DNA of 64,000 bases from assembly GCA_000437915.1 (NCBI GenBank), contig FR901000.1:37235-101234 (forward strand), written 5' to 3'. The position numbers and the translations under genes are program-made. Below, one piece after another: positions 34,447-46,967 of this stretch. The stretch's first letter is position 1. Every line of letters begins with the position of its first letter. The stretch comes from Subdoligranulum sp. CAG:314. Its GTDB lineage: Bacteria; Bacillota; Clostridia; Christensenellales; CAG-314. The notes beneath the pieces are model-generated. The model searched no databases, was not told the origin of the DNA, and saw only the letters and a list, made by a program, of their open reading frames with translations.

Positions 34447-35655
34447 TCAGTTGAGAATTTTGGTAACAACGCCGGAGCCGACCGTTCTGCCGCCTTCGCG
34501 AATTGCGAAGCGCAGTCCCTCTTCGATAGCGATGGGGGTGATGAGCTTGACGGTGATGGTGGTGTTGTCGCCGGGCATAACCATTTCAACGCCTTTCTGC
34601 AGCTCGATGGAGCCGGTAACGTCCGTGGTACGGAAATAGAACTGAGGACGATAGCCGTTGAAGAACGGGCTGTGACGACCGCCCTCTTCCTTGGTCAGAA
34701 CGTATATCTGAGCCTCGAAATCCTTGTGGGGATGAATGGTGCCGGGCTTGGCGATAACCTGTCCTCTCTCCACTTCGTTTCTCTGAATACCTCTCAAAAG
34801 CAGACCTACGTTGTCGCCCGCATAAGCGACGTCCAAAAGCTTTCTGAACATTTCGACGCCTGTGACGACCGTCTTTTTGGGTTCGTCCTCCAAACCGACG
34901 ATTTCAACGTTGTCAAGCGGCTTGATTTCGCCTCTCTCCACTCTGCCGGTTGCGACGGTGCCGCGTCCCGTGATGGTGAAAACGTCCTCGACAGGCATAA
35001 GGAAAGGCTTGTCCGTAGCTCTTTCGGGAGTAGGGATGTACTCGTCAACGGCCTTCATAAGCTCTTTTATGCAGTCGTAAACGGGGTCGGAGATGTCCTT
35101 GCCCTCGATGGCGGCGTCCATAGCGACCTTGGCGCTGCCCTTGATGACGGGAAGCGTGTCGCCGGGGAATCCGTACTTGGAGAGAAGCTCTCTGACTTCC
35201 ATTTCGACCAGGTCGATAAGCTCGGGGTCGTCAACAAGGTCGGTCTTGTTCATGAACACGACGATGTAAGGAACGTTAACCTGTCTTGCGAGCAGGATGT
35301 GCTCTCTTGTCTGAGGCATGGGACCGTCGGCTGCGGAAACGACGAGGATTGCGCCGTCCATCTGCGCCGCGCCGGTAATCATGTTTTTGACGTAGTCCGC
35401 GTGTCCCGGGCAGTCAACGTGCGCATAGTGGCGCGCGTCCGTCTGATATTCAACGTGAGCTGTGTTTATTGTGATGCCTCTCGCTTTCTCTTCGGGGGCC
35501 TTGTCGATTTGGTCATAACGCATAACTTCGGCTTTGCCTTGCATAGCCATAACCATGGTGATAGCCGCAGTCAAAGTGGTCTTGCCGTGGTCAACGTGAC
35601 CTATGGTACCGATATTGACGTGGGGCTTGCTTCTGTCAAACTTTTGTTTTGCCAT
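34447..35655 (-). CDS. tuf: elongation factor Tu
   Basis: [22 protein letters not shown]; 402 aa. Confidence 0.98.
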   Translation of the reverse strand: MAKQKFDRSKPHVNIGTIGHVDHGKTTLTAAITMVMAMQGKAEVMRYDQIDKAPEEKARGITINTAHVEYQTDARHYAHVDCPGHADYVKNMITGAAQMDGAILVVSAADGPMPQTREHILLARQVNVPYIVVFMNKTDLVDDPELIDLVEMEVRELLSKYGFPGDTLPVIKGSAKVAMDAAIEGKDISDPVYDCIKELMKAVDEYIPTPERATDKPFLMPVEDVFTITGRGTVATGRVERGEIKPLDNVEIVGLEDEPKKTVVTGVEMFRKLLDVAYAGDNVGLLLRGIQRNEVERGQVIAKPGTIHPHKDFEAQIYVLTKEEGGRHSPFFNGYRPQFYFRTTDVTGSIELQKGVEMVMPGDNTTITVKLITPIAIEEGLRFAIREGGRTVGSGVVTKILN

Positions 35656-35710
35656 TTTGAGTGTCCTCCACTAAAATTTTTAATTTGAAATTTTAATAAA
35701 CTTTGCGTTT

Positions 35711-35739
35711 ATTATAATATAAGATAATTTTTTTTGCAA
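35711..35739 (-). promoter_or_regulatory. internal tuf promoter in the fusA-tuf spacer
   Basis: The minus strand reads TTGCAA-17nt-TATAAT. Confidence 0.5.
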
Positions 35740-35767
35740 CTGTTTTTTTAACTTTGCGGCAGCGCTC

Positions 35768-37858
35768 TTATTTTTTGCCGATGATTTTTTCCGCTATGTT
35801 TTTGGGTATTTCGTCATAGTGGTCAAACTGCATCGTAAAGTTGCCTCTGCCCTGCGTCCTGCTTCTCAAATCGGTCGCGTAACCGAACATTTCCGAAAGC
35901 GGAATAAACGCGTGGATTGCCTGTATGCCGTTGCGCATATCTATGCCCGTGAGGTTTCCGCGTCTGCTTGAAATGTTGCCCATTACGTCGCCCAGATAAT
36001 CGTCGGGTACCGTGACCTCCACCTTCATCATGGGTTCGAGCAGCACGGGGTTGGCTTTCTGACATCCCTCTTTGAACGCCATGGAGCCTGCCACCTTGTA
36101 TGCCATTTCCGAAGAGTCCACCTCGTGGTAGCTTCCGTCCACGACGGTAACCTTGAAGTCCACCACCTCGTAGCCCGCAAGCACGCCCGTCTTTGCAGCC
36201 GCCTGAATACCCATATTGATGGGCTGAATATACTCCTTGGGTATGCAGCCGCCGACAGTTTGGTCTTCGAAAACGTAGCCCGTTCCGGGTTCCGTGGGCT
36301 CCAGAATGATTTTGCAGTGACCGTACTGTCCCTTGCCGCCGCTTTGCCTTACGTATTTGCCCTCCGCTTCAACTCTCTTTCTGATAGTTTCGCGGTAGCT
36401 CACCTGCGGCTGACCGACGTTGGCTTCCACCTTGAACTCCCTGAGCAGTCTGTCCACGATGATTTCCAGATGAAGCTCGCCCATGCCTGCGATGATTGTC
36501 TGTCCCGTCTCGTTGTCGGTGTAGGTCTTGAAGGTAGGGTCCTCCTCGGCAAGTTTTGCCAGAGCTATGCCCATCTTTTCCTGTCCCTGCTTGGTTTTCG
36601 GCTCAATCGCCACCTTGATGACGGGGTCGGGGAAAACCATATTTTCCAGCACGATAGGATGCTTTTCGTCGCACAGCGTGTCGCCCGTGGAAGTTTCTCT
36701 GAGTCCTACCACGGCGACGATTTCGCCGGCGTAGGTTTCGGGAATTTCCACCCTCTGCGCCGAGTGCATCTGCAAAACCTTTGCAATCCTCTCGCGCTTG
36801 CCCTTGCTCGCGTTGTAAACGTAAGTACCCGATTTGAGAGTGCCGCTGTAAACGCGCACATACGCCAGCTTGCCCACAAACGGGTCGGAGACGATTTTGA
36901 ACGCCAGCCCGCAGAAAGGCTCGTTGTCGTCGGCTTTTCTCTCCTCTTCCTTTTCAGGCTCGTCGGGATTGAATCCCACGACGTGGTCGATATCGATAGG
37001 AGAAGGGAGATAATCGGTAATGGCGTCCAGCAAAAGCTGTATCCCCTTGTTTTTGTAAGCCGTGCCGCAGAAAACGGGATTGAGCTCGAGCGCAATCACC
37101 GCACTGCGCACGCCCGCCTTGATTTCCTCTACGGAAATTTCCTTGCCTTCTAGGAACTTTTCCATAAGCACGTCGTCGCGCCCCGCGACGAACTCCACCA
37201 AATCGGCTCTCGCCTGCTCCGCACGCGCCCTGATGTCGGCGGGGATTTCCCCTTCGTCAACGCTCATGCCGGTAGGGTCGTTGTAGAAATAGGCTTTCAT
37301 CTTTATGACGTCTACAATTCCCTTGAAATTCTCCTCCTTGCCGATTGGCAGTTGGAGGGGCATGGCATTGGCTTTGAGGCGCTCCCTTATCATGTTGACC
37401 ACGTTGTCGAAGTCGGCGCCGTTGATGTCCATCTTGTTGACAAACGCGATTCTCGGAACCTTGTACTTGGTCGCCTGATGCCAGACCGTTTCGCTCTGAG
37501 GCTCCACGCCGCCCTTGGCGCAGAACACCGCGACGGCTCCGTCGAGCACTCTCAAAGAGCGCTCCACCTCTACCGTAAAGTCAACGTGTCCCGGCGTGTC
37601 TATCAGGTTTATGCGATAGTCAACGCCGTTGTCCTTGTTTACCCAATGCACCGTGGTAGCGGCGCTGGCTATGGTTATGCCTCTCTCCTGCTCTTGCTGC
37701 ATGGAGTCCATAACCGCAGTGCCCTCGTGCGTTTCGCCTAACTTTCTGGTTTTGCCGGTGAAAAACAGGATTCTTTCGCTTGTCGTAGTTTTTCCCGCGT
37801 CGATGTGCGCCATGATTCCGATGTTACGCACCTCGCGCAAAGGATATGTTCTTGCCAC
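35768..37858 (-). CDS. fusA: elongation factor G
   Basis: [28 protein letters not shown]; 696 aa. Confidence 0.98.
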   Translation of the reverse strand: MARTYPLREVRNIGIMAHIDAGKTTTSERILFFTGKTRKLGETHEGTAVMDSMQQEQERGITIASAATTVHWVNKDNGVDYRINLIDTPGHVDFTVEVERSLRVLDGAVAVFCAKGGVEPQSETVWHQATKYKVPRIAFVNKMDINGADFDNVVNMIRERLKANAMPLQLPIGKEENFKGIVDVIKMKAYFYNDPTGMSVDEGEIPADIRARAEQARADLVEFVAGRDDVLMEKFLEGKEISVEEIKAGVRSAVIALELNPVFCGTAYKNKGIQLLLDAITDYLPSPIDIDHVVGFNPDEPEKEEERKADDNEPFCGLAFKIVSDPFVGKLAYVRVYSGTLKSGTYVYNASKGKRERIAKVLQMHSAQRVEIPETYAGEIVAVVGLRETSTGDTLCDEKHPIVLENMVFPDPVIKVAIEPKTKQGQEKMGIALAKLAEEDPTFKTYTDNETGQTIIAGMGELHLEIIVDRLLREFKVEANVGQPQVSYRETIRKRVEAEGKYVRQSGGKGQYGHCKIILEPTEPGTGYVFEDQTVGGCIPKEYIQPINMGIQAAAKTGVLAGYEVVDFKVTVVDGSYHEVDSSEMAYKVAGSMAFKEGCQKANPVLLEPMMKVEVTVPDDYLGDVMGNISSRRGNLTGIDMRNGIQAIHAFIPLSEMFGYATDLRSRTQGRGNFTMQFDHYDEIPKNIAEKIIGKK

Positions 37859-37873
37859 CTGTCTTTTCTCCCG

Positions 37874-38344
37874 TTACCAACGATAATGTGCAAACGCTTT
37901 GTTGGCTTCCGCCATTTTGTGCACGTCTTCCTTCTTTTTGAAGGCTCCGCCCTGACTGTTGTAGGCGTCCATAAGCTCGCCCGCAAGCCTCAGGTACATT
38001 TGTTTTTCGCTTCTCTTTCTGGCGTAAAGCACCAGCCATCTTATCGCCAGCGTCTGCCTTCTGTCAGGTCTGATTTCCATAGGCACCTGATAGTTGGAGC
38101 CGCCGACACGCCTTGCCTTGACCTCCAACACAGGCATAATGTTGTTAATCGCCTGATTGAAAACTTCCATGGGGTCAAGATTCATTTTTTCTTTGATTGT
38201 ATCGAATGCACCGTAAACGATTTCCTGCGCGATTCCCTTCTTTCCGTCAAGCATAATCTGATTGACAACCTTTGTCACGACTGTGCTGTTGTAAACGGGA
38301 TCGGGCAGAACTTCTCTTTTGGGTACGCCGCTTCTTCTCGGCAT
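37874..38344 (-). CDS. rpsG: 30S ribosomal protein S7
   Basis: Start trimmed to [20 protein letters not shown]; AAAGGAGG SD. Confidence 0.96.
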   Translation of the reverse strand: MPRRSGVPKREVLPDPVYNSTVVTKVVNQIMLDGKKGIAQEIVYGAFDTIKEKMNLDPMEVFNQAINNIMPVLEVKARRVGGSNYQVPMEIRPDRRQTLAIRWLVLYARKRSEKQMYLRLAGELMDAYNSQGGAFKKKEDVHKMAEANKAFAHYRW

Positions 38345-38520
38345 AATATACCTCCTTTCAATATTCGAAAATTTTTGATTTTGTCCGATGGACCTTGATA
38401 CGGCTGACTGCACGGAAAACTCCGGAGAAACTTCTGCGCCTTAAACGCATACTGCCTATCGTGAACAACGGACAAAACCTATCCGACCTTCACAATTTGT
38501 GCCGTAATCAGTTGGAAAAA

Positions 38521-38895
38521 TTATTTCTTGGGACGTTTTGCGCCGTACTTGGAGCGAGCCTGCTTTCTGTTTGCGACTCCGGCGGCGTCAAGCGTGCCTC
38601 TGATGATGTGATAACGCACGCCGGGCAGGTCTCTGACTCTGCCTCCGCGAATCAACACCACGCTGTGCTCCTGCAAGTTGTGACCTTCGCCGGGAATGTA
38701 GCACGTACCTTCCTCACCGTTGGTGCGGCGGATTCTCGCAATCTTGCGCAAAGCCGAGTTGGGCTTTTTGGGAGAAGTGGTAGTCACGTTCAGACAGACG
38801 CCTCTTTTCTGAGGGCATCCGTTGAGCAACGGCGACTTGGACTTTTCCTCCGCTCTTTCCCTGCCTTGACGGATCAACTGATTGATTGTTGCCAT
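38521..38895 (-). CDS. rpsL: 30S ribosomal protein S12
   Basis: [13 protein letters not shown]...[10 protein letters not shown]... Confidence 0.97.
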   Translation of the reverse strand: MATINQLIRQGRERAEEKSKSPLLNGCPQKRGVCLNVTTTSPKKPNSALRKIARIRRTNGEEGTCYIPGEGHNLQEHSVVLIRGGRVRDLPGVRYHIIRGTLDAAGVANRKQARSKYGAKRPKK

Positions 38896-38950
38896 TTGTT
38901 ACCTCCTTGTGATATTTTGTCGGATATAAAAACTCTCGCGAGATATATCG

Positions 38951-39202
38951 TCAGTGTTTGAGCACTCCCACCACGGAAGCGCGATTGTGCGCGAGTCCGC
39001 ATTTCTCCGCGAACTCGGCGCTTGTTCCTCCCACCTCGACCTGAACGTTTTTTTCGAGCGCAGCCGTAAGCACGCGCTCCTTGTACGCCGCGTCGGAGTC
39101 TTTGGCGAGATAAATTTTGCTGATTTTGTCCTCCTTGAGAGAGGCCAACACCTCTCTCAGTCCGACAACCCTGTTTTTGTTTTCTGTTCGGTCTACGTCC
39201 AT
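38951..39202 (-). CDS. L7Ae/L30e-family ribosome-associated protein (YbxF-like)
   Basis: 83 aa after trimming to MDVDRTENKNRVVGLREVLASLKEDKISKIYLAKD. It sits in the classic rpoC-rpsL position of Firmicutes. Confidence 0.8.
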   Translation of the reverse strand: MDVDRTENKNRVVGLREVLASLKEDKISKIYLAKDSDAAYKERVLTAALEKNVQVEVGGTSAEFAEKCGLAHNRASVVGVLKH

Positions 39203-39259
39203 TTTTCGGTACACCAAAAGCAATAATATCAAAACGCGCAGCCTAAGTCAAGCGTTTTT

Positions 39260-42200
39260 TTAAAACTGCTCTCTGTCGCTCCTTTCGACGACTTCCTTTA
39301 TCTGAACGTTGCGGTACTCCGCAAGCCCCGTCCCTGCCGAAATCTGTTTGCCTATAATTACGTTTTCCTTCAGTCCGTAAAGCGGGTCGACCTTGTTCTT
39401 GATTGCCGCTTCGGTAAGCACTCTCGACGTTTCCTGGAAGGACGCCGCGGACAGCCAGCTGTCGGTGGCGAGAGCCGCCTTTGTGATGCCGAGCAGCGTG
39501 CGCTTGGCGGTGGCCGGTCTGCCGCCCTTTTCCAGAATATCCGTGTTGGCCTCCTCGAACTTGAAAATATCCACAAGCTCGCCCGGCAACAGCTCCGTAT
39601 CGCCGCCGTCCTCCACCTTGACCTTGCGCATCATCTGCCGCACGATGATTTCAACGTGCTTGTCGTTTATTTCGACGCCCTGCATACGGTAGACGGACTG
39701 CACTTCCTTGACAAGATACTCCTGCACCGCTTTAAGTCCCTTTATGCGCAGCAAATCCTGCGGATAAATGGAGCCTTCGGTAAGCATATCGCCGCTTTCT
39801 ATCACGTCGCCGTCATGCACTTTGAGACGCGCGGTGAAAGGTATGGAATAGGATTTCGCCACGCCGTTCGCGTCGGTTACCACAACGTCCTTCTTGCCGT
39901 TCTTTTCCTCTATCGCGACAGTTCCCGAGGTTTCGCTGAGAACGGAAAGTCCTTTGGGCTTTCTCGCCTCGAAAAGCTCCTCGACGCGGGGCAGACCCTG
40001 AGTTATGTCGTCCGCGGTTGCCACGCCGCCGGTGTGGAACGTTCTCATGGTGAGCTGCGTTCCCGGCTCGCCTATGCTCTGCGCGGCAATAACGCCTACC
40101 GCTTCGCCCAAATCCACGGGCTTGCCCGTAGCCATATTTTTGCCGTAGCATTTGCTGCATATACCGTGCTTGCTGCGGCAGCTCAAAATGGTGCGCAGAT
40201 AAACCTTCTTTATGCCGGCGTCCACAATCGCTTTGGCCTGCTCGTCGGTTATCATGCTGTCGGCAGGCGCAAGCACCTCTCCCGTCTGCGGGTGCACCAC
40301 GTCGTCTATCGTGTATTTGCCGATAATTCTGTCTTCCAGCTTTTCGATCACTTCGTTTTCCGAGCTTCCCGTGATTGCGGAAATCCACATGCCCTGCGGC
40401 TTGCCGCCGTGCGCGCAATCCTCCTCGCGCACAATCACGTCGTGGCTTACGTCTACGAGTCGGCGCGTCATGTATCCCGAGTCGGCAGTTTTCAACGCCG
40501 TATCCGCAAGACCTTTGCGTCCGCCGTGCGAAGAAATGAAGTATTCCAAAACGGTAAGTCCCTCGCGGAAGCACGCCTTGACGGGCAGCTCTATGGTTTT
40601 GCCGCTCGGGTCTGTCATGAGTCCGCGCATACCGGACAGCTGTCTGATTTGGTTCATGCTGCCGCGCGCGCCGGAGTTTGCCATCATCCAGATAGGATTG
40701 AATTTGTCGAGGGTACCTTTAAGCTTTTCGGTAACCTTGTCGGTGGCTTCCTTCCAGATTCCGACAACTTTTTTGTAACGCTCGTCGTCCGTAACCATAC
40801 CCATGTTGTAAAGCTCCTCGACTTTGAGCACTTCCGTGTCGGCGTCGGCAAGGATTTCCTGCTTTTCCTTGGGGATGTGCATATCGAATATGCTTGCGGT
40901 GACCGCTCCGATTGTCGAATACTTGTAGCCGAGCGCTTTTATTCTGTCAAGCACCTCGGAGGTAACGGTAGCGCCGTTGACCTTGAAGCAGCTCTCCACA
41001 ATCTGACTCAGCTGCTTTTTGCCCACAAGGTATTCTATTTCGTTTTTGAGGTAATCCTCCTTTGTCTCTCTCTTGCAGAAACCGAGATTCTGAGGAATAG
41101 CCTGATTGAAAATCATTCTTCCGACGGTGGTGGTTAAAAGCGTGCTTAGCTTTTCGCCGTCTATTTCCTTGGTTACTCTTATTTTGACCACAGATTGAAG
41201 CTCGATGTCTCCCGCGTTGTAGGCAAGGATTGCCTCGTCCACATCGCTGAACACCTTTCCCTCGCCTCTTGCGCCCTCTTTTTCGATTGTGAGGTAATAG
41301 CACCCCATAACCATATCCTGCGTGGGCGAAATAACGGGCTTGCCGTCGGAAAGCTTCATGATATTGTTGGACGCAAGCATGAGGAATCTCGCTTCCGTCT
41401 GCGCTTCCACCGAAAGCGGCACGTGAACCGCCATTTGGTCGCCGTCAAAGTCCGCGTTGAAAGCCGTGCAGGCGAGAGGGTGCAGTTTAAGCGCTCTGCC
41501 CTCTATGAGCACGGGTTCAAACGCCTGTATGGAAAGCCTGTGCAGCGTAGGCGCGCGGTTGAGCATGACGGGGTGGTCCTTGATGACTTCTTCCAGCACG
41601 TCCCACACCTTGCTGTCCGCGCGTTCTATTCTGCGCTTTGCGCTCTTGATGTTTTGGCACTGATTGGTTTCCACCAGCTTTTTCATGACAAAGGGCTTGA
41701 ACAGCTCCAAAGCCATTTCCTTGGGGAGACCGCACTGATGCAGTTTAAGCTCGGGACCGACCACGATAACGGAACGTCCGGAGTAGTCAACGCGCTTGCC
41801 CAAAAGGTTCTGACGGAAACGCCCCTGCTTGCCGCGCAAAAGCCCCGACAGGGATTTAAGCTCTCTGTTGCCTGCGCCGCTGTGCGGACGCTTGCTTCTG
41901 CTGTTGTCAATCAGGCTGTCCACCGCCTCCTGAAGCATTCTCTTTTCGTTGCGAATCAGTATATCGGGAGCGTTGATTTCCTTGAGCTTTTTAAGTCTGT
42001 TGTTTCTGTTTATAACGCGGCGGTAAAGGTCGTTGAGGTCGCTTGTCGCGTATCTGCCGCCGTCCAGCGGAACCATAGGTCTCAGCTCCGGAGGAATAAC
42101 GGGCAGCACGTCCAGAACCATCCATTCGGGTTTGTTGCCCGAGCGGCGGAAGGACTCGACTATTTCAAGACGTTTGATTGCTCTGATACGTTTTTGTCCC

Positions 42201-42799
42201 GTAGCCTTTTCCAGCGTCTTTCTTAGCTGCTCGGCTTCCTTTTCGAGGTCCACCTCCATGAGAAGCTCTTTGATGGACTCTGCGCCCATGCCCACCTTGA
42301 AATTGGCGGCGCCGTAGGTCTCAACCGCTTCTCTGTGCTCGTTGGGGGTAAGCACCTGCTTTTTTGCAAGCGACGTCGCCATGGGGTCAAGCACCACGAA
42401 GCTTGCGAAATTCAGAACCTGCTCCAAAAGCTTGGGCGACATATCCAGCAAAAGCCCCATTCTGCTCGGCACGCCTCTGAAATACCAGATGTGGCTTACC
42501 GGTGCGGCAAGCTCGATGTGCCCCATGCGCTCGCGGCGCACCTTGGCGCGAGTGACCTCGACGCCGCACTTGTCGCAGATGACGCCCTTATAGCGGATTC
42601 TCTTGTATTTGCCGCAATGGCACTCCCAATCCTTTGTCGGACCGAAAATCTTTTCGCAGAACAAACCGTCCTTTTCGGGCTTGGTTGTCCTGTAATTTAT
42701 GGTCTCGGGCTTGGTGACTTCTCCGTAAGACCACTCTCTGATTTTTTCCGGGGAAGCGATACCTATCTGTATTGAATCGAAATTGTTAAGCTCGTACAT
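39260..42799 (-). CDS. rpoC: DNA-directed RNA polymerase subunit beta'
   Basis: Zn-finger [23 protein letters not shown] and [12 protein letters not shown] catalytic motif; 1179 aa. Confidence 0.98.
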   Translation of the reverse strand: MYELNNFDSIQIGIASPEKIREWSYGEVTKPETINYRTTKPEKDGLFCEKIFGPTKDWECHCGKYKRIRYKGVICDKCGVEVTRAKVRRERMGHIELAAPVSHIWYFRGVPSRMGLLLDMSPKLLEQVLNFASFVVLDPMATSLAKKQVLTPNEHREAVETYGAANFKVGMGAESIKELLMEVDLEKEAEQLRKTLEKATGQKRIRAIKRLEIVESFRRSGNKPEWMVLDVLPVIPPELRPMVPLDGGRYATSDLNDLYRRVINRNNRLKKLKEINAPDILIRNEKRMLQEAVDSLIDNSRSKRPHSGAGNRELKSLSGLLRGKQGRFRQNLLGKRVDYSGRSVIVVGPELKLHQCGLPKEMALELFKPFVMKKLVETNQCQNIKSAKRRIERADSKVWDVLEEVIKDHPVMLNRAPTLHRLSIQAFEPVLIEGRALKLHPLACTAFNADFDGDQMAVHVPLSVEAQTEARFLMLASNNIMKLSDGKPVISPTQDMVMGCYYLTIEKEGARGEGKVFSDVDEAILAYNAGDIELQSVVKIRVTKEIDGEKLSTLLTTTVGRMIFNQAIPQNLGFCKRETKEDYLKNEIEYLVGKKQLSQIVESCFKVNGATVTSEVLDRIKALGYKYSTIGAVTASIFDMHIPKEKQEILADADTEVLKVEELYNMGMVTDDERYKKVVGIWKEATDKVTEKLKGTLDKFNPIWMMANSGARGSMNQIRQLSGMRGLMTDPSGKTIELPVKACFREGLTVLEYFISSHGGRKGLADTALKTADSGYMTRRLVDVSHDVIVREEDCAHGGKPQGMWISAITGSSENEVIEKLEDRIIGKYTIDDVVHPQTGEVLAPADSMITDEQAKAIVDAGIKKVYLRTILSCRSKHGICSKCYGKNMATGKPVDLGEAVGVIAAQSIGEPGTQLTMRTFHTGGVATADDITQGLPRVEELFEARKPKGLSVLSETSGTVAIEEKNGKKDVVVTDANGVAKSYSIPFTARLKVHDGDVIESGDMLTEGSIYPQDLLRIKGLKAVQEYLVKEVQSVYRMQGVEINDKHVEIIVRQMMRKVKVEDGGDTELLPGELVDIFKFEEANTDILEKGGRPATAKRTLLGITKAALATDSWLSAASFQETSRVLTEAAIKNKVDPLYGLKENVIIGKQISAGTGLAEYRNVQIKEVVERSDREQF

Positions 42800-42812
42800 T
42801 TATCTTCCCTCC

Positions 42813-45800
42813 TCAAAACTCCTCGTCCTCGTCCGTTTCGTCATCGTCGAACAAATCCTGAATGTCGAACTCCTCGTCCTCGTCCATTTCCTCGTCGTCG
42901 AAGCTGAAATCGTCCGCCAAAATGTCTATTTCTTCGTTTTCGTCGAAGCTCAAAATCTTTTCTTTCTTTTCTTCCTTAGCCTTGTTGATAAAGTCGGCGT
43001 AGTCAAGCTCCGTATCGGAACTGTCTATTATCTGAATTTCCTCGTTATCCTCGGAAAGCACCTTTACGTCCAGCGCAAGTCCCTGCAACTCCTTTATCAG
43101 CACCTTGAAGGACTCCGGAATACCCGGGTCGGAAATATTGTCGCCCTTTACTATGGATTCGTAAGTTTTTACTCTGCCCACGACGTCGTCCGACTTGACG
43201 GTAAGAATTTCCTGCAAAATGTTGGAAGCGCCGTAAGCTTCGAGCGCCCACACTTCCATTTCGCCGAAACGCTGTCCGCCGAACTGAGCCTTGCCGCCCA
43301 AAGGCTGCTGCGTGACAAGACTGTAAGGTCCAGTGCTCCTCGCGTGGATTTTGTCATCCACAAGGTGAATGAGCTTGAGCATATACATATAGCCCACGGT
43401 GACGCGGTTTTCAAAGGGAAGTCCCGTTCTGCCGTCGTAAAGCGTCACCTTGCCGTCAACCTTGTTGGTAGCGGGATTGGTCATGCAATTCTGCTCGAAC
43501 AGCTCCTTGATGTCCGTTTCCGTCGCTCCGTCGAAAACCGGAGTAGCCACCTTCCACCCCAAAAGCTTGGCAACAAGCCCGAGGTGCACTTCGAGAACCT
43601 GACCTATGTTCATACGCGAAGGCACGCCCAAAGGATTGAGCACTATCTGCAAGGGTGTGCCGTCCTCCATAAAAGGCATATCCTCCTGCGGCAGTATGCG
43701 GCTGATAACGCCCTTGTTGCCGTGGCGTCCCGCCATTTTGTCGCCGACGGATATTTTGCGCTTCTGCGCTATATAAACCCTGACCAGCTTGTTGACGCCG
43801 GGGTCCAGCTCGTCCTTGTTCTCTCTCGTGAAAATCTTGATATCTACGACAATGCCCTCCTCGCCGTTGGGCACGCGCAGCGAGGTATCCCTTACCTCTC
43901 TCGCCTTTTCGGAGAATATCGCGCGCAGCAGACGCTCCTCGGGCGTAAGCTCCGCTTCTCCCTTGGGCGTTACCTTTCCTACCAGAATATCTCCCGGATG
44001 GACCTCCGCGCCTATTCTGATAATACCCTCCTCGTCGAGGTCCTTCAAAGCGTCCTCGCCGACGTTGGGAATATCGCGCGTGATTTCTTCGGGACCGAGC
44101 TTGGTATCGCGCGTTTCAGTCTCGTGCTCCTCTATGTGAATGGACGTGAACACGTCCTCCTTGACGAGGTTTTCGCTTATGAGAATGGCGTCCTCATAGT
44201 TGTAGCCCTCCCAGGACATGAAGCCTATCAGGATGTTTCTGCCGAGCGAAAGCTCGCCCGCGCTTGTAGACGGACCGTCGGCGATTATGTCGCCCGCCTT
44301 TACGACCTGTCCCACGTTGACAATCGGACGTTGATTTATGCAGGTGCCCTGATTGCTGCGCACGAATTTTTTGAGAGGATAAGAATGGACAAGACCGTGA
44401 GTGTCTCTCACCTCGATTTTGTCGGCGGAAACGCGGTTGACCACGCCGTCCTCCTTGGATATGACCATTACGCCGCTGTCGTATGCGATGCGGTGCTCGA
44501 TGCCGGTAGCCACTATCGGCGCCTCGGGCTTCAACAACGGCACTGCCTGACGCTGCATGTTAGAACCCATGAGCGCGCGGTTGGTGTCGTCGTTTTCAAG
44601 GAACGGAATAAGGCTTGTTGCCACGGATACGAGCTGCTTGGGACTTACGTCCATATAGTCTACCATGTCGCTGCGGAACTCTTTTATGTCCTCGCGGTAA
44701 CGGCAGGTGACGCGCTCCTTGACAAACCAGCCGTTTTCGTCCAGCAGCTCGTTTGCCTGCGCGACGATAAAGCCGTCCTCCCTGTCCGCCGTGAGATACT
44801 CGATTTCGTCGGTAACCACCTTGCGCTCCTTGTCCACGCGGCGGTAAGGGCTTTCCACAAAGCCGTATTCGTTGATTCTTGCAAACGCCGCCAGTGAAGT
44901 TATCAGTCCTATGTTCTGTCCTTCGGGCGTCTCTATCGGGCACATTCTGCCGTAATGCGAATAGTGAACGTCTCTGACGTCAAAGGTCGCGCGCTCCCTG
45001 TTGAGACCGCCGGGTCCCAACGCCGACAGCTTGCGTTTGTGCGTCAGCTCGGCAATCGGGTTGGATTGGTCCATAAACTGCGACAGCTGAGAGGAGCCGA
45101 AAAACTCCTTGATTGCGCTGCTCACGGGGCGCACGTTTATCAGGCTCTGCGGAGTCGCCTTGTCTATTTCCTGAATAGCCATACGCTCGCGTATGACGCG
45201 CTCCAAACGCGCTATTCCTATGCGGAACTGATTTTGCAGCAGCTCTCCCACGCTTCTTACGCGGCGGTTGCCCAGATGGTCTATGTTGTCCACCTGCCCC
45301 ACTCCGTGTTTGAGGTTGAGATTGTAGGAAACGGTGGCGATTATGTCCTCCCTCGTGATATGGCGGGGAATAAGCCCGTCGCGCGACTTGGAAATAAGCT
45401 CCACCGTCTCGTCTACGGTGAGATTCTGCGCGAGTATGTCCTTCAATACGGTCAGATTGACGTATTCGTTGATTCCGAGCGCCTTGAAATCGTATTTGGC
45501 AAAATCCGGATTAACCAATTTGAGGTAATAAAGAATATCCACCGTATTGTTGCCGATAACCTTGACCTTTTGCCCGTTGCTCTCTATATAAACGACGTTT
45601 ACGCCGCTGTTCTGAATGGCTCGGGCTTTTTCTTCGGTAATCTCGTCTCCCGCCTTGCCAAGTTCAATCGTCTTTTTCCCCTCTGCGGTATCGACGTCAA
45701 CGGAAAGATTTTCCGCAAGGGTATAGGTCACGTAACGGGTGCTGTGGTCGCGGTAGCCCATAATTCTGTTGGCAAGCGACAGCTTTTTGTTGAATTTGTA

Positions 45801-46622
45801 GCGTCCCACCTTTGCCAGGTCGTAACGCTTTGCGTCGAACAGCAGGTCGGTCAGCTGCTTTTTAATCGACTCCTCGGTGGGTATTTCGCCCGGGCGCAGA
45901 CGCTTGTAAAGTTCAAGCAGTCCCTCGCGCTCGTTTTTGCTTGTGTCCTTTTCGCAGGTGCGCAAAATGGTTTCGTCGTTGTCGAACAAGGCGGCTATTT
46001 CGTCGTCGCCCGAAATGCCTATGGCTCTCAAAAGCACGGTCGCGGGCAGCTTGCGGTTTCTGTCCACGTGAACGTAAAGTATGTTGTTGTTTGCGTCATG
46101 CACAAATTCGAGCCACGCTCCGCGGTTGGGTATGACGGTGGTGTCGTATTTGCGCTTGCCGCTCTTGTCCAGCTCGCTCGCCGCGTAAACGCCGGGCGAC
46201 CTGACCAGCTGACTGACCACCACGCGCTCCGCCCCGTTGATGATAAAGCTGCCGTTGTCCGTCATCAGCGGGAAATCGCCCATAAAGACCTCCTGGTCCA
46301 TAATTTCCCCCGTGTCGTTTCTAATCAGCCTGACCTTGATTTTGAGCGGCGCCGCATAGGTGGCGTCCCTTTCGCGGCACTCGTTTTCGCTGTACTTGCT
46401 TTTGAAATCCAACGCGTGCTCCAAAAATTGCAGCTCGAATCTTCCCGAATAATCCACTATGGGAGAGAAGTCGTCGAATACCTCTCTGATGCCCTCGCGC
46501 ACAAAAGCGTCGTAGGAATTTTTCTGCACCTCTATCAGGTTGGGCAGGTCGAGCACTTCCTTGATTCTGGAAAAGGTTTTGCGTTCCGTATTGCCGAATC
46601 TTTGAGTCCGAATGTTCCGCAT
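42813..46622 (-). CDS. rpoB: DNA-directed RNA polymerase subunit beta, with a long acidic C-terminal tail
   Basis: 1269 aa with conserved beta regions throughout. The last ~60 residues are Asp/Glu-rich (..[28 protein letters not shown]). Confidence 0.98.
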   Translation of the reverse strand: MRNIRTQRFGNTERKTFSRIKEVLDLPNLIEVQKNSYDAFVREGIREVFDDFSPIVDYSGRFELQFLEHALDFKSKYSENECRERDATYAAPLKIKVRLIRNDTGEIMDQEVFMGDFPLMTDNGSFIINGAERVVVSQLVRSPGVYAASELDKSGKRKYDTTVIPNRGAWLEFVHDANNNILYVHVDRNRKLPATVLLRAIGISGDDEIAALFDNDETILRTCEKDTSKNEREGLLELYKRLRPGEIPTEESIKKQLTDLLFDAKRYDLAKVGRYKFNKKLSLANRIMGYRDHSTRYVTYTLAENLSVDVDTAEGKKTIELGKAGDEITEEKARAIQNSGVNVVYIESNGQKVKVIGNNTVDILYYLKLVNPDFAKYDFKALGINEYVNLTVLKDILAQNLTVDETVELISKSRDGLIPRHITREDIIATVSYNLNLKHGVGQVDNIDHLGNRRVRSVGELLQNQFRIGIARLERVIRERMAIQEIDKATPQSLINVRPVSSAIKEFFGSSQLSQFMDQSNPIAELTHKRKLSALGPGGLNRERATFDVRDVHYSHYGRMCPIETPEGQNIGLITSLAAFARINEYGFVESPYRRVDKERKVVTDEIEYLTADREDGFIVAQANELLDENGWFVKERVTCRYREDIKEFRSDMVDYMDVSPKQLVSVATSLIPFLENDDTNRALMGSNMQRQAVPLLKPEAPIVATGIEHRIAYDSGVMVISKEDGVVNRVSADKIEVRDTHGLVHSYPLKKFVRSNQGTCINQRPIVNVGQVVKAGDIIADGPSTSAGELSLGRNILIGFMSWEGYNYEDAILISENLVKEDVFTSIHIEEHETETRDTKLGPEEITRDIPNVGEDALKDLDEEGIIRIGAEVHPGDILVGKVTPKGEAELTPEERLLRAIFSEKAREVRDTSLRVPNGEEGIVVDIKIFTRENKDELDPGVNKLVRVYIAQKRKISVGDKMAGRHGNKGVISRILPQEDMPFMEDGTPLQIVLNPLGVPSRMNIGQVLEVHLGLVAKLLGWKVATPVFDGATETDIKELFEQNCMTNPATNKVDGKVTLYDGRTGLPFENRVTVGYMYMLKLIHLVDDKIHARSTGPYSLVTQQPLGGKAQFGGQRFGEMEVWALEAYGASNILQEILTVKSDDVVGRVKTYESIVKGDNISDPGIPESFKVLIKELQGLALDVKVLSEDNEEIQIIDSSDTELDYADFINKAKEEKKEKILSFDENEEIDILADDFSFDDEEMDEDEEFDIQDLFDDDETDEDEEF

Positions 46623-46665
46623 TTAAGCACCTCGAAAAAAAATTTTGGAAATTTCAGTAAATATG

Positions 46666-46694
46666 TTGCATTGAACACCGTCTTGGTGTAAAAT
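46666..46694 (+). promoter_or_regulatory. plus-strand promoter-like element inside the rpoB leader (antisense)
   Basis: TTGCAT-17nt-TAAAAT on the plus strand. Confidence 0.35.
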
Positions 46695-46791
46695 ATATTT
46701 AGATGTTGCGACGTTCCCCTCCCCCGATTTTGCTTCCGCGCCGCAAAATAAAGACGGCAGGGCAAAATTGGGCATATTACTGCATTAAGTC

Positions 46792-46820
46792 ATTTTACTT
46801 AAACAAAAGTCAATAGTCAA
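46792..46820 (-). promoter_or_regulatory. candidate rpoB promoter
   Basis: The minus strand reads TTGACT-17nt-TAAAAT, about 165 nt upstream of the rpoB ATG. Confidence 0.45.
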
Positions 46821-46875
46821 GCCATTTTTCGTAAAATTTTTCATAAAAAAATAAATAAAAATTTTTTCATTTTTG

Positions 46876-46901
46876 AACGCCGAAAAAACGGCGTTTTTTT
46901 T
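46876..46901 (+). terminator. plus-strand intrinsic terminator in a divergent intergenic region
   Basis: AACGCCG-AAAAAA-CGGCGTT followed by T8 on the plus strand. No annotated plus-strand gene lies upstream. Confidence 0.55.
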
Positions 46902-46938
46902 GTCGGACGGCGACTGAACCGCGCCTCCCCCATTTTGA

Positions 46939-46967
46939 TTGAAATAAATTCGGATAAATGTTAAAAT
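46939..46967 (+). promoter_or_regulatory. promoter of the S4-domain/ispDF operon
   Basis: TTGAAA-17nt-TAAAAT with a TGT extended -10. Confidence 0.5.

Noticed and set aside
42783-46691. Very long plus-strand ORFs (704 aa and 578 aa) opposite rpoB. Similar ones lie opposite rpoC (39656-41137), fusA (36125-37153), prfA/prmC (10699-12120) and the aminotransferase gene (9601-10695).
   Set aside because: They are antisense shadow ORFs of unambiguous, highly conserved genes. Their translations are Arg/Leu/Val/His-rich low-complexity strings with no motifs and no SD, as expected from codon-position GC bias.
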